Source of the DNA: an uncultured virus (IMG/VR IMGVR_UViG_3300005573_000084)
Lineage: Duplodnaviria; Heunggongvirae; Uroviricota; Caudoviricetes
DNA: 64,000 nucleotides
Virus record (IMG/VR): IMGVR_UViG_3300005573_000084
Reading direction: 5' to 3' (one strand)
In this document: positions 10,579 through 19,889 of the stretch, piece by piece
Layout: every line of letters starts with the position of its first letter
How positions within the stretch are numbered: the first letter of the stretch is position 1
Program-made: the position numbers and the translations under genes
The notes under the pieces: generated by a model
What the model was told of the DNA's origin: nothing
Databases searched by the model: none
The model's input: only the letters and a program-made list of their open reading frames with translations

Positions 10579-12045
10579 TTAAAATAATCCTTCATTTTTA
10601 TCTTCATAATTATATTGTGATTCTGATGAATAATTTTCACTCTTTATTAAATTATCACTATTAATAGTCTCGGGTTTCTTAAAATTGCCTCTTGGGTGTT
10701 TATGCCCCGCAGTCACTTGATTAATAAAAAAATCCATATCTTGAATAGGAGAATTTCTGTCTTCTTCTATTCTTAAATATTTCCAATCTATTGTGTATCT
10801 TTTTCTAGTATTTTCGTATCCTGTGACTCTATTAGCTAAACATTTGAGATAATATTCTCCACCAGCTTTCATCTCAGCTGTTGTAATAATACCAAAAAGA
10901 ATATCTACTGTATGTAATAATCCTGCAGATTCTGCTATCGATGTAATGCTTAAATCATTTGCTTCCCATCCGCTACGGTTTGTCTGTGAAACTGAGATTA
11001 TTGCCCAATTATTCTCTTGGCCTATAGCTCTAAGATCTTCTGATATTTGTTTAATTTTTATATATGTATTCTCACTATTTGGATTTCTCCAATTTCTCAT
11101 AATATTAATATAATCAATAAAAATATTATCAAATTTATATCCTAACAATTCTTGTGTTTTCTTCAAATAAGCTTCTATATCATTTGATGATGCACTCGAA
11201 GATGGAAATTCTTTAACATGAAGATCTCCCAATTGTTTTAAAGATCTCTCTTTTAGATTATTTAATTTTTGTTTAATTAAAGTTTGATTCTCTGAAATTC
11301 TCTCATATTCATCTATTGGAATGTTTAATAAATTTGCTCCTATTCTTGAATTAACAAGTTCAGATTGAAGTTCAAGAGTTATATATGCTGTATTATATCC
11401 ATTTAAAATTGATTTAGCTGCTAAATTACAAAGCCACGTTGATTTACCTGATTTAGGCATTCCAAATAAAACTATTAAAGAGCCTTTCCAGTAACCTCCT
11501 TTTGTACAAAGATCAATATATTCATATCCAGTTGGTGTTCTAGCTAATCTAGTTTGTAAATGTGATGCTGGATCGAAAAAGCTTTTTCCTAAATTAAAAG
11601 AAAAATCTATTGCGGTTTCTGATGATAACATATTACGCACCCTTTCAACAACCTCGCTAGCATTCTCCGGTGTAACGCTAGTAGTTTTCATATATGCAAT
11701 AGCTTTTCTTATAGTTACATCTAGATTTCTTACTCTAATCCACGGTTTAACATTTTTGTCTAACCACTCTTCTCCATACTGAGGTAACAGTTGTCTAAAA
11801 TTATATAAACCATCTATTATATCTTCATTATATTTTTCTGCAAGCCCTTTTATTTGAATTAATTGAATCATTTGTTCTTTTGTTGGAGCCTCTTTGTATT
11901 TTAAAGCATGTTCTCTTGCAATCTCAAATAATTCAGCCATATTATTATTTGAGAAATAATTTGGTTTTGTTGCCTCAAGTAATAAAGGATTACTTAATAT
12001 GTAATGATAAAATATTTGTTCTTGAAAACTTGAAAATGAATTCAT
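10579..12045 (-). CDS. gp41/DnaB-like replicative helicase
   Basis: Walker A GMPKSGKS, ITLEL, FIDYINIM, SQTNRSG, IAESAGL. Confidence 0.92.
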   Translation of the reverse strand: MNSFSSFQEQIFYHYILSNPLLLEATKPNYFSNNNMAELFEIAREHALKYKEAPTKEQMIQLIQIKGLAEKYNEDIIDGLYNFRQLLPQYGEEWLDKNVKPWIRVRNLDVTIRKAIAYMKTTSVTPENASEVVERVRNMLSSETAIDFSFNLGKSFFDPASHLQTRLARTPTGYEYIDLCTKGGYWKGSLIVLFGMPKSGKSTWLCNLAAKSILNGYNTAYITLELQSELVNSRIGANLLNIPIDEYERISENQTLIKQKLNNLKERSLKQLGDLHVKEFPSSSASSNDIEAYLKKTQELLGYKFDNIFIDYINIMRNWRNPNSENTYIKIKQISEDLRAIGQENNWAIISVSQTNRSGWEANDLSITSIAESAGLLHTVDILFGIITTAEMKAGGEYYLKCLANRVTGYENTRKRYTIDWKYLRIEEDRNSPIQDMDFFINQVTAGHKHPRGNFKKPETINSDNLIKSENYSSESQYNYEDKNEGLF

Positions 12046-12055
12046 GACATTGATT

Positions 12056-12337
12056 TTAAATTTCTTTTTCCCACGGATGCTTAACTACACAATAATTAGA
12101 ATATTTAGTTTTCTTTAAATACCCCATTTCTGTTAATTTGTCTAAATCATCAGATAGTAAAGAAGATAATCTTACTTTTGTTTTTAGAAATGCTTCATGT
12201 GTTTTAAATTCGTCGTCATACCTTCCTTCACTATCTAAAAAATAAACTATCTCAAATAAAAGATCTTCTAATGTAGGATTATCTATAATGTTAATAAGAT
12301 TTTTTATTTTTACTTTTCCATAATCAACCGGTTTCAT
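12056..12337 (-). CDS. Small hypothetical protein (possibly winged-helix)
   Basis: 93-aa ORF between uvsX and the helicase; LDKLTEMGYLKK resembles a wHTH wing. Confidence 0.6.
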   Translation of the reverse strand: MKPVDYGKVKIKNLINIIDNPTLEDLLFEIVYFLDSEGRYDDEFKTHEAFLKTKVRLSSLLSDDLDKLTEMGYLKKTKYSNYCVVKHPWEKEI

Positions 12338-12362
12338 TTTTTAAATTTATATTATTTTTTAT

Positions 12363-12402
12363 AAACATAATGGCCTGAAGTTTTATTCAGACCATTATGT
12401 TT
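12363..12402. terminator. Long intergenic hairpin, probable terminator
   Basis: aaacataatgg(c)ctgaa...ttcagaccattatgttt inverted repeat just downstream of uvsX. Confidence 0.6.
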
Positions 12403-12427
12403 GAATTAAAATTTAAAACGTTTCATC

Positions 12428-13750
12428 TTATATATTTATATCATCTACAGATATTTCATTTTCACCATCTATTACATCAGAATCTGATAGTTTAGCATTG
12501 TCTAATAATTCACCGGAAATTTCATTTAAGTCTTCCAGAGATTCTATACTCGGTAACATAAATACTTTCTTAATTATATTTTCATCCAATTGTTTTAACA
12601 CATCTTCTGTAAAGACTTTATCTGTATAAAGTTCTGAAAGAGGAACTTCACCCTTTAAATGTTTGCAAACAAGAGTTCTTGCGGTTTCTTTTGGAAGAGC
12701 ATAAACTTTTTCTTTATTTTCAGATTCGAATTCATAACATGTTTTTTTCTCTGATTCTGGTAACTTTGAGTACTCTTTTTCGGAAAGCATTTTTCCTCTT
12801 ACAATTCCGCATGTTTCCCATGATACAAATTTTTCTAAGCCTACATATGGATTTGGTTTCTTATAAAATGGAATATGAATTTGAACTTTGATTGGTCTAG
12901 CAAATCTTTGTTTAATAGGATTAATAGTTACAACTATTCCAATCTTAGTAGCTTCTATTCCTGTTTTTTTAACATGATCTTCTGAATCTTTATCTGTCAT
13001 TTTTGATTTTGAAAGCATCATTATAATTGATGCAGAATATTTTCCTCCACCTCCTCCAGAAACAACATTTCCGGGAATATATGAAGATATTGCAGAATAA
13101 ACATGATTACAAATTATAAAAGGTATACCATTTTTAGCAAAATCATTACCAATAACTCTAAATGTTTTTCTAATCGCCTGTTGCTTAGTCATATCTCTTT
13201 TATCTGATCCAATTAAAGAATCATTTTTCTCCTTTAAAGAAGATAATGCGCCAAGAGAGTCTAAAACAACTATAATTTTTGGAGGGACTTTACCAGAAGA
13301 TCTTATATTTGCAATCGTTTCATTTAATTTAGCTGCAAGAGTTGTAAATTCTTCAACCGTTCCAATATTTTCAATTCGAAATTTTGATGTATCAACACCC
13401 AATCTTCTTACAAAATCTATATCAATAGCGCCTTCAGAATCATAATAAATTGCAAAATATCCCATTTTTTGAGCATTTCTTACTATGCTCAATGATAAAT
13501 ATGTTTTTCCAGTTGATTCTTCTCCTGCTAACATAAGAGATCTTCTATTTGGCATTCCTCCAAATAAAGACCCACTTAATGCGGCATTAAAGATATATGA
13601 ACCGGTAGAAATCCACTCATCAATTTTAGCATATATACTATCTTCTATAATCGCTCCATCTGGAGAAATTTTCGATAGCATATCATTTAATTCATTAAAC
13701 GAGCTTTCTGGTAAATTTTGATTTTTAGATTGTGATGCTTTTTTTGTCAT
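12428..13750 (-). CDS. uvsX: UvsX/RecA-like recombinase
   Basis: ISTGSYIFNAALSG, Walker A GEESTGKT, YDSEGA, VVLDSLG, DMTK, NHVY, SGGGG. Confidence 0.92.
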   Translation of the reverse strand: MTKKASQSKNQNLPESSFNELNDMLSKISPDGAIIEDSIYAKIDEWISTGSYIFNAALSGSLFGGMPNRRSLMLAGEESTGKTYLSLSIVRNAQKMGYFAIYYDSEGAIDIDFVRRLGVDTSKFRIENIGTVEEFTTLAAKLNETIANIRSSGKVPPKIIVVLDSLGALSSLKEKNDSLIGSDKRDMTKQQAIRKTFRVIGNDFAKNGIPFIICNHVYSAISSYIPGNVVSGGGGGKYSASIIMMLSKSKMTDKDSEDHVKKTGIEATKIGIVVTINPIKQRFARPIKVQIHIPFYKKPNPYVGLEKFVSWETCGIVRGKMLSEKEYSKLPESEKKTCYEFESENKEKVYALPKETARTLVCKHLKGEVPLSELYTDKVFTEDVLKQLDENIIKKVFMLPSIESLEDLNEISGELLDNAKLSDSDVIDGENEISVDDINI

Positions 13751-13811
13751 GAGAATACATTATTTTTATTTATATACACATATAAAAAAATAGTTTTTAG
13801 CGATATTTTAT

Positions 13812-14216
13812 CTATTTAAGAAATTTCAATAAAGGCCTAAATCTCCAATATATTCTTTTTTCAGCGTCTTCTTTAGTTAAAAATCCTGCGTAATCAACTT
13901 CTTCTCTTTGTAGTTTAGAGCTATCTATTTTAATAGGTTCTTTAAGTTCTATGATAAAAAAATAAACTCTTTTAAATATATTTCCATTTTCATCTCTATA
14001 ATTTACATATCCTTCGCTATCAGGTTTAACTTGCTCTCTATCAAATTTAATTCCTATTTCTTCTTCAGTTTCTCTTATTGCTGCTTCTAGAGAATCCTCT
14101 CCTTCTTCAATTAACCCCTTTGGAATAGAATATGTTCCATACCATTTCGATCCAGTTGGATGAACTAATAAAATTTTATTATCGTATAAAATGACTAATC
14201 CTGCAGAAGTTTTCAT
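13812..14216 (-). CDS. NUDIX hydrolase
   Basis: Nudix box GLIEEGEDSLEAAIRETEEEIG; start moved to MKTSAG (14216) to avoid overlapping the polymerase gene. Confidence 0.9.
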   Translation of the reverse strand: MKTSAGLVILYDNKILLVHPTGSKWYGTYSIPKGLIEEGEDSLEAAIRETEEEIGIKFDREQVKPDSEGYVNYRDENGNIFKRVYFFIIELKEPIKIDSSKLQREEVDYAGFLTKEDAEKRIYWRFRPLLKFLK

Positions 14217-14241
14217 AATTAAATTTTGTATTTTATTTATT

Positions 14242-15888
14242 TTAAAATAAGTTTTTTGAATATATGAGATTTCCTGGAATAGGATTGAATCCCATTGTTT
14301 CAAGAATACGATTAAACGGTTCTATGATAGTTTTTTCAAATTGTAAATCATAATTTACAGGCGGCGCAAATTCATAAGGATAATTTCCAGGAAGAAATGC
14401 AAAAACCTCATTTTCATCCATTGTATAATAATATTTAATTTTATCACCCGTTTTAATAAGATTATATTTCGTTTTCCATTTACTATTTAATAATATATGA
14501 TTATAAACTGCAGCTGCTCTAACATTCTGTGGGCATTTAAGTGCTAATTTTATTTGCTTTCTATCTTCTATACAATATTTTTCATAATCTCCTATTGCTT
14601 GTGTTTTTGCTATATCTTCTGGCATTTGAAATGAGTATTCTCTTTTATACTCTTTTAATTGTTTAACAACACCTGAATAATCCAATTTCTTCTTTTGATT
14701 ACATATCATTTTTATCATTTCTCTTAAAACTTTTCTTGCATATTTAGGTGTTGAACCTTGAACAATTTCAATACCCACAAATTTAATCTTATCTTGAGGA
14801 TTTATATATACTCCAGGATCTTTCCATGCTAAATCTAGAATATATTTCTTTTTAGCTATCATTATAGCCGAATAAGAAATTTTTTCCAGCTCAAGATTTT
14901 GTATATTTTTTGTATGATATTTTTTAGCATATTCTTCGAATTTTTGATTTAAAAAAGAGTTTAATCTTAATTCTTTTATTTTAAGAAAAAAGTCTATAGG
15001 ATTTCCATTATAATCACATGATTTAAGAACTGGATCATATGTAACATAACAAGAATTATGAACTAAAATATCATTTGCAATAAATGTATGAGTTTCATCA
15101 AATACTTCAACATCATATACATATTCACTATTAAAGTTTCCTACTCTTTCACAATATTCAACTTCATCAAAATAAAACTCTAAAGAATCATTAACACATA
15201 AGATTTTATCTCCAACCACAATTTTTTCCGGCTTAACTTTTACTGCTTTATTTTCATTAAATATTATTAACGAATGATCATTTGTAATTAAAATAGATTT
15301 ATTAGATTTAGTTTTTAATTGCCACTTTGGTTTAATAACAGAATGCTTAATTATTCTTACTACATCTGCGTAATATAATCCTTTTTCAGGACTCCAATTT
15401 AAAATTTTATCACTAGTCTTTACCGATTGATGTCCTAAAACTGTAAATTCATTTTCATTACTTTTATTTTCATTATACCACTCTTCAATAGTTTTAATTC
15501 CATTTGTTGTGTTCACGATACTTTTAGCATCAACACTATCTGTATCCATGTAAATAGTAAGTGTTTTTTCATTTATCTTATTTACATAATTTAATCCTAA
15601 TTGTTTATGAAGTTCTTTATCTTTATGCCAATATTCAAAAAAGTACTCATCAATACATTTACTTGCATATTTAGCAACATCTTGGCCTTGTAATGTAACA
15701 GCTTCTGCAATATTAACATTATAATAGCTAAAAAATGGAGATCCTATGGCACCATAAACGGAGTTAATGAAAATCTTGATAGATTGCTCTAGATTATAAT
15801 ATTCTTCATTTAAAGATTTTAAACGAGAGATCTCTGCCCGAAGTTCATCTAAACTACATTTATTATAATCAATATTTGATAATTCCAT
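14242..15888 (-). CDS. Family B DNA polymerase, C-terminal subunit (split gp43-like) with mini-intein
   Basis: Motif B KIFINSVYG, motif C YMDTD|S, KKKY, GIEIVQGSTP; exonuclease domain and motif A are absent. Confidence 0.9.
   Translation of the reverse strand: MELSNIDYNKCSLDELRAEISRLKSLNEEYYNLEQSIKIFINSVYGAIGSPFFSYYNVNIAEAVTLQGQDVAKYASKCIDEYFFEYWHKDKELHKQLGLNYVNKINEKTLTIYMDTDSVDAKSIVNTTNGIKTIEEWYNENKSNENEFTVLGHQSVKTSDKILNWSPEKGLYYADVVRIIKHSVIKPKWQLKTKSNKSILITNDHSLIIFNENKAVKVKPEKIVVGDKILCVNDSLEFYFDEVEYCERVGNFNSEYVYDVEVFDETHTFIANDILVHNSCYVTYDPVLKSCDYNGNPIDFFLKIKELRLNSFLNQKFEEYAKKYHTKNIQNLELEKISYSAIMIAKKKYILDLAWKDPGVYINPQDKIKFVGIEIVQGSTPKYARKVLREMIKMICNQKKKLDYSGVVKQLKEYKREYSFQMPEDIAKTQAIGDYEKYCIEDRKQIKLALKCPQNVRAAAVYNHILLNSKWKTKYNLIKTGDKIKYYYTMDENEVFAFLPGNYPYEFAPPVNYDLQFEKTIIEPFNRILETMGFNPIPGNLIYSKNLF
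15055..15537 (-). mobile_element. Contiguous mini-intein (161 aa) in polymerase motif C
   Basis: Starts at Ser (SVDAKS), block B TNDHS, ends YDVEV...FIANDILVHN, followed by Ser; no LAGLIDADG domain. Confidence 0.9.
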
Positions 15889-15943
15889 AAACTTTTTTAT
15901 TTATATCATAAAAAGTTTATGTAGTTTCAATTTTAACATCACA

Positions 15944-18472
15944 TTAAATACTAAAATCAATAGTATCTATAAAATCATCAACATTTAAATTTAGATTAGA
16001 TATGTATTCTGGTAATACGTGATCAATTTTCAATTCATCTAGATAATATGCAGCAAATAATTTATTTATTCCATCTTCAGATATCCCAATCTTTATTTTA
16101 TCTTTTGAGAATTCTTCATCTGATGACATTTCATATTGTTTTTTTATACTATTTTTTAGATCTTCATATATTGAATCTTGTTGTAATACAGCCATATATT
16201 CATTAAATGCCTGTAAAACATTTTTCCCTATCTTGTTATACAATGAAGAATCTTCCGAAAATAACGATAACAGTTCTTCTAAATTTGATACTTCGTTAAC
16301 TTTATTAGAAAATTTTAAACAAATGCTCTTAAGATAATTAAATAACTTTTTCTGTTTTTGCTCATCTAAATATTGTAAAATATCATCAAAATCATAATCA
16401 TTTGAAAAATATTCATATAAGACATCATCTGAATTTAAAATATCTTTTACAAATTTTTCATTTAAACTTGACTTATTGAAATATTCAGAAAAGATATACC
16501 AATCATCAAACATTAAATTGTAATAATTTTCACCTTCATATGATAGCTTTTTATCGGCAAAGTATTTTAGATTCGGTATAAATCTAACTCCCATTTTATA
16601 CATAATTTCTACATCGCTTTCATCCCATTCTTTTATAGGTTCTCTTCCTTGTCTTAAAATATATTCTATCCAATTTTTTTTGATTGCGTTGTTTAATTTT
16701 TCATGTAGAATAAATATGGCTGGAGAGATCTCTCCAAATTTAACTGAATCATTAGTATCATGTTCTTGTATATACTTATCTATAATATGTGATAACCCTA
16801 TATTTAAATCTTTATGTATATTAGTATCTTCTGAAAATTTTTCATTTAAAGGTTTTCTATTATTTAAATATGTATAAGATTTTTCACTTTCATTCAAATC
16901 TTTAAATTTTTGCCATTTGGCAATTTCTATTGAAACTTGTACATTTTTTCTCTTACTTGTTTTAGATCTTATTGATAATTTCGCGTAATAAATAACTCCT
17001 GAGAATTCTATATAATATTGTATGTGTACATCCTTACTTTCATTAGAATCTCTTATCTTTATTTTACCATCAAAATTTTCATTTATAGCATCATATAATT
17101 GTATTCCGCCTAATGCCGGAAATATTTCCATATCATTTTCCACCATTTTTTCATCTCCTTCTATGTTTCCTCTTAATAGAAAAAATGTAGGATTTTTTTC
17201 TAATGACAATCCATATCTTACGATATCTGTAAAAATGTTTTTATTATTAACAGCTTTATTTAATATGAACAAAAGCATTTTAAGAGCAGCATATTTCTTT
17301 AATGGCTCATCTCCTCTATAATCATCAATTTCACCTTTTTCTATTACATATTTAAAATGATTAAGTTTTGTTTTAATCAATTCATCTATAAGAATTCTTT
17401 TTTTCTTAATTTCATCTAATAATTTTTTATTGTCTTCAAACCAAGTTTTTTCTTCTTTAGATAGATTATACTCATCTTCAAAATTTGGTTCAAGTCTTTT
17501 AATAAAACCTTTCGCATTTCCAGATTTAGAATATTGTTCTTTTAGAGATATAGCTATTATAAGATTATTTGGATTATTAGAATCCAAATCATTTACAAAC
17601 ATAGAGTTTATTTTTCCTAAACGTAAATTAACATCATCTTCATTTTTCACATTCTCTATAATCTCTTTAATTTTTTCTTCTGTGTCTCCTTTTGGGTTAA
17701 TTAACACGATATCCATAGGGCTCCATTTATCAGGCTTTAAAAAACCAAATATGCCAGAGCCAATTTCCTTTTTTAGATAATCAAATAAATCAGATCTATC
17801 TACTATCCACTTATCCTTTCCAAATTTTGTTTCTCTTAAAAAATTACCTATTGATAATGAATTAAATATAGTGTTAACTAAATTCAAATTATATTGATTA
17901 ACTTCAGGTTTTAAAAAATCTAATACTTCTTCTACATCTTTTTCTTTACATCCAGGTATTCTATTTTCCTCTATATCATCTATAATTTTCTTTAAAAAAT
18001 CTTTATATAACTTATATTTTTCTTCATTTTTAATATTTTTACTAAATGGCTCGTATTTTTCTTTAGATTCATAAAAATAGCATACTAAACATTCTTTAAC
18101 ATTTGTTGAAGAGGAATATTCGTTACTAACTATATCTCCTCGTAAAACAAACTTTTCATCTCTACCATTTATTGTAATAAATACAGTAGGATACTTTCCA
18201 GATAATCCTTCAGGCTCGGGTGCTAATCTAATATTAGGTTTTGATACTGTCCAATTTGGTTCATTTTCTTTAACAATTTGTATAATATCATTCGCAAAAT
18301 CTTCAGGAGTTATGGCGCCCCTTTGTCTTGTTTTAACAGATTTAGGTGATGAACTGTTAGTATATTTTTCTGGAAATTTTTCTATCAATTTTTTTCTTAT
18401 ATCCGAATTCATGAATATATTATTAGAAATAGATTCATATAATCTTGGATAAAATTTTTTAGAGATATGCAT
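15944..18472 (-). CDS. Large hypothetical protein; possible PD-(D/E)xK-like N-terminal domain and internal LNEKFSE motif
   Basis: DKWSPMDIV...IAISLKE; LNEKFSEDTNIHKDLNIG matches the ankyrin-protein linker. Confidence 0.6.
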   Translation of the reverse strand: MHISKKFYPRLYESISNNIFMNSDIRKKLIEKFPEKYTNSSSPKSVKTRQRGAITPEDFANDIIQIVKENEPNWTVSKPNIRLAPEPEGLSGKYPTVFITINGRDEKFVLRGDIVSNEYSSSTNVKECLVCYFYESKEKYEPFSKNIKNEEKYKLYKDFLKKIIDDIEENRIPGCKEKDVEEVLDFLKPEVNQYNLNLVNTIFNSLSIGNFLRETKFGKDKWIVDRSDLFDYLKKEIGSGIFGFLKPDKWSPMDIVLINPKGDTEEKIKEIIENVKNEDDVNLRLGKINSMFVNDLDSNNPNNLIIAISLKEQYSKSGNAKGFIKRLEPNFEDEYNLSKEEKTWFEDNKKLLDEIKKKRILIDELIKTKLNHFKYVIEKGEIDDYRGDEPLKKYAALKMLLFILNKAVNNKNIFTDIVRYGLSLEKNPTFFLLRGNIEGDEKMVENDMEIFPALGGIQLYDAINENFDGKIKIRDSNESKDVHIQYYIEFSGVIYYAKLSIRSKTSKRKNVQVSIEIAKWQKFKDLNESEKSYTYLNNRKPLNEKFSEDTNIHKDLNIGLSHIIDKYIQEHDTNDSVKFGEISPAIFILHEKLNNAIKKNWIEYILRQGREPIKEWDESDVEIMYKMGVRFIPNLKYFADKKLSYEGENYYNLMFDDWYIFSEYFNKSSLNEKFVKDILNSDDVLYEYFSNDYDFDDILQYLDEQKQKKLFNYLKSICLKFSNKVNEVSNLEELLSLFSEDSSLYNKIGKNVLQAFNEYMAVLQQDSIYEDLKNSIKKQYEMSSDEEFSKDKIKIGISEDGINKLFAAYYLDELKIDHVLPEYISNLNLNVDDFIDTIDFSI

Positions 18473-18510
18473 AATGTACTTTATTTTATATATTTTATGT
18501 ATCTAAACAC

Positions 18511-18545
18511 ATAAGAGCTCAGATGAAATTCATTTGAGCTCTTAT
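18511..18545. terminator. Intergenic hairpin
   Basis: ataagagctc agatgaa/ttcatt t gagctcttat inverted repeat downstream of the clamp-like gene. Confidence 0.6.
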
Positions 18546-18571
18546 ATACAAAAATTTCCAAACGTTTAATT

Positions 18572-19372
18572 TTATTTATCTTTTTCAATTTTAGATATAA
18601 CTACACAAGTATCACTTTCTAATGATGAAAATACGATACGATCTTCTCCAAATTTAACATTATAATTTTCAAAATCTATAGAAGAAAATTGCTCTTTAAA
18701 AATAGACAATGAAAATGATTCTTTTCCATCTATTTTAGATATAAACAATTCATATGTTTTTCCGCCAACAGTAATTTGTTTATTATCTATTTTAAATGTC
18801 ATAGATTTTTCATCGTCGTCATCATCCAATCCATTTAACATTCCAATTTTTGATATACTTTCTTTAGTTAATTCAAATGTTTCTAACGGATCAACTGCAG
18901 AAATTTGATTATTGAATAAATCATCAGAAATATATTTAAAAATATTTAAAGATGAACACTGTACAACAAATTTCAATGTTTTATTTTTAAATATAAGTTT
19001 TTCGGCGGCATATTCAGATTCATTGTTACCAGATAATAATTCTTTAAATTCAATTACAAAAGAAAACTCATCATCGTTAAACTGCTCTAATATTTTTATC
19101 AAATGCGAAATATTAAAAATTCCAACTTTTACTCTAGATGAAATAGAAGGTTTAGCAGATTTCAAACTTAAACCAGAGTCATTATACTTAATTGAACTCA
19201 TTTTGACAAGAGATCTCTCTTCATTGTGTGTTTTTGCTATAAACTTTTCAGATTCTTTAACATCAATTTCCAAAAGTAATGATTTATCTATAGATGAAAA
19301 TTTTTTAAGCCACATCATGAAAGGCTTAACGTTCTTACCAGTAAATTCTAATACTAATTTATCAGTTGTCAT
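18572..19372 (-). CDS. Probable gp45-like sliding clamp
   Basis: 266 aa, acidic, N-terminal LKKFSSIDKSLLL resembles gp45 LKNFATINSGIML; lies in the replication cluster. Confidence 0.55.
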   Translation of the reverse strand: MTTDKLVLEFTGKNVKPFMMWLKKFSSIDKSLLLEIDVKESEKFIAKTHNEERSLVKMSSIKYNDSGLSLKSAKPSISSRVKVGIFNISHLIKILEQFNDDEFSFVIEFKELLSGNNESEYAAEKLIFKNKTLKFVVQCSSLNIFKYISDDLFNNQISAVDPLETFELTKESISKIGMLNGLDDDDDEKSMTFKIDNKQITVGGKTYELFISKIDGKESFSLSIFKEQFSSIDFENYNVKFGEDRIVFSSLESDTCVVISKIEKDK

Positions 19373-19465
19373 AAAATTAAAAATTTAGTGTATTTAAAGA
19401 TTTTATACATGAAATAGAAAAAGTTTTATATTTTTAAAACTTTTTTAAGAAAAATTGTAATTTAA

Positions 19466-19864
19466 TCACTTTGAATTAAATTTGATATAATCGTTTACAT
19501 CTCTATATCTATTATAAAAATAAAGATCTATTAATTCTTTATACTCTTCTTTTGATATTCCAAGATACTTTCTTATCTTTGATAATCTTTTTTTCTTCTT
19601 AATAAAAATTGTAATCCAATATACACCAAATAATGTTATCAATAAAATGTATATCATATGTATAATAAAATTTATACAGAAAGAATAGTGAAATATACTA
19701 AAAAATAATTGAGCTAAAAATGGAATTGATAATATTATAGAAACTAATATAAACCAACTTGTCTCTCTTATTCCATGAGCTGATATATACTTAAGAAAAA
19801 ATAACTCGTATTTATCCGGAGAAAATTTCCTATAAACATTTTCAAATTCTGTTCTTGTTGTCAT
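19466..19864 (-). CDS. Small membrane protein (2 TM)
   Basis: Two hydrophobic segments followed by KKKKR. Confidence 0.7.
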   Translation of the reverse strand: MTTRTEFENVYRKFSPDKYELFFLKYISAHGIRETSWFILVSIILSIPFLAQLFFSIFHYSFCINFIIHMIYILLITLFGVYWITIFIKKKKRLSKIRKYLGISKEEYKELIDLYFYNRYRDVNDYIKFNSK

Positions 19865-19889
19865 AGAATTACATGTATCTTTTTTCTAT

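Noticed and set aside
14217..14303. Extended N-terminus of the NUDIX ORF as given in the track
   Set aside because: It overlaps the polymerase 3' end; the NUDIX fold starts at MKTSAG (14216)
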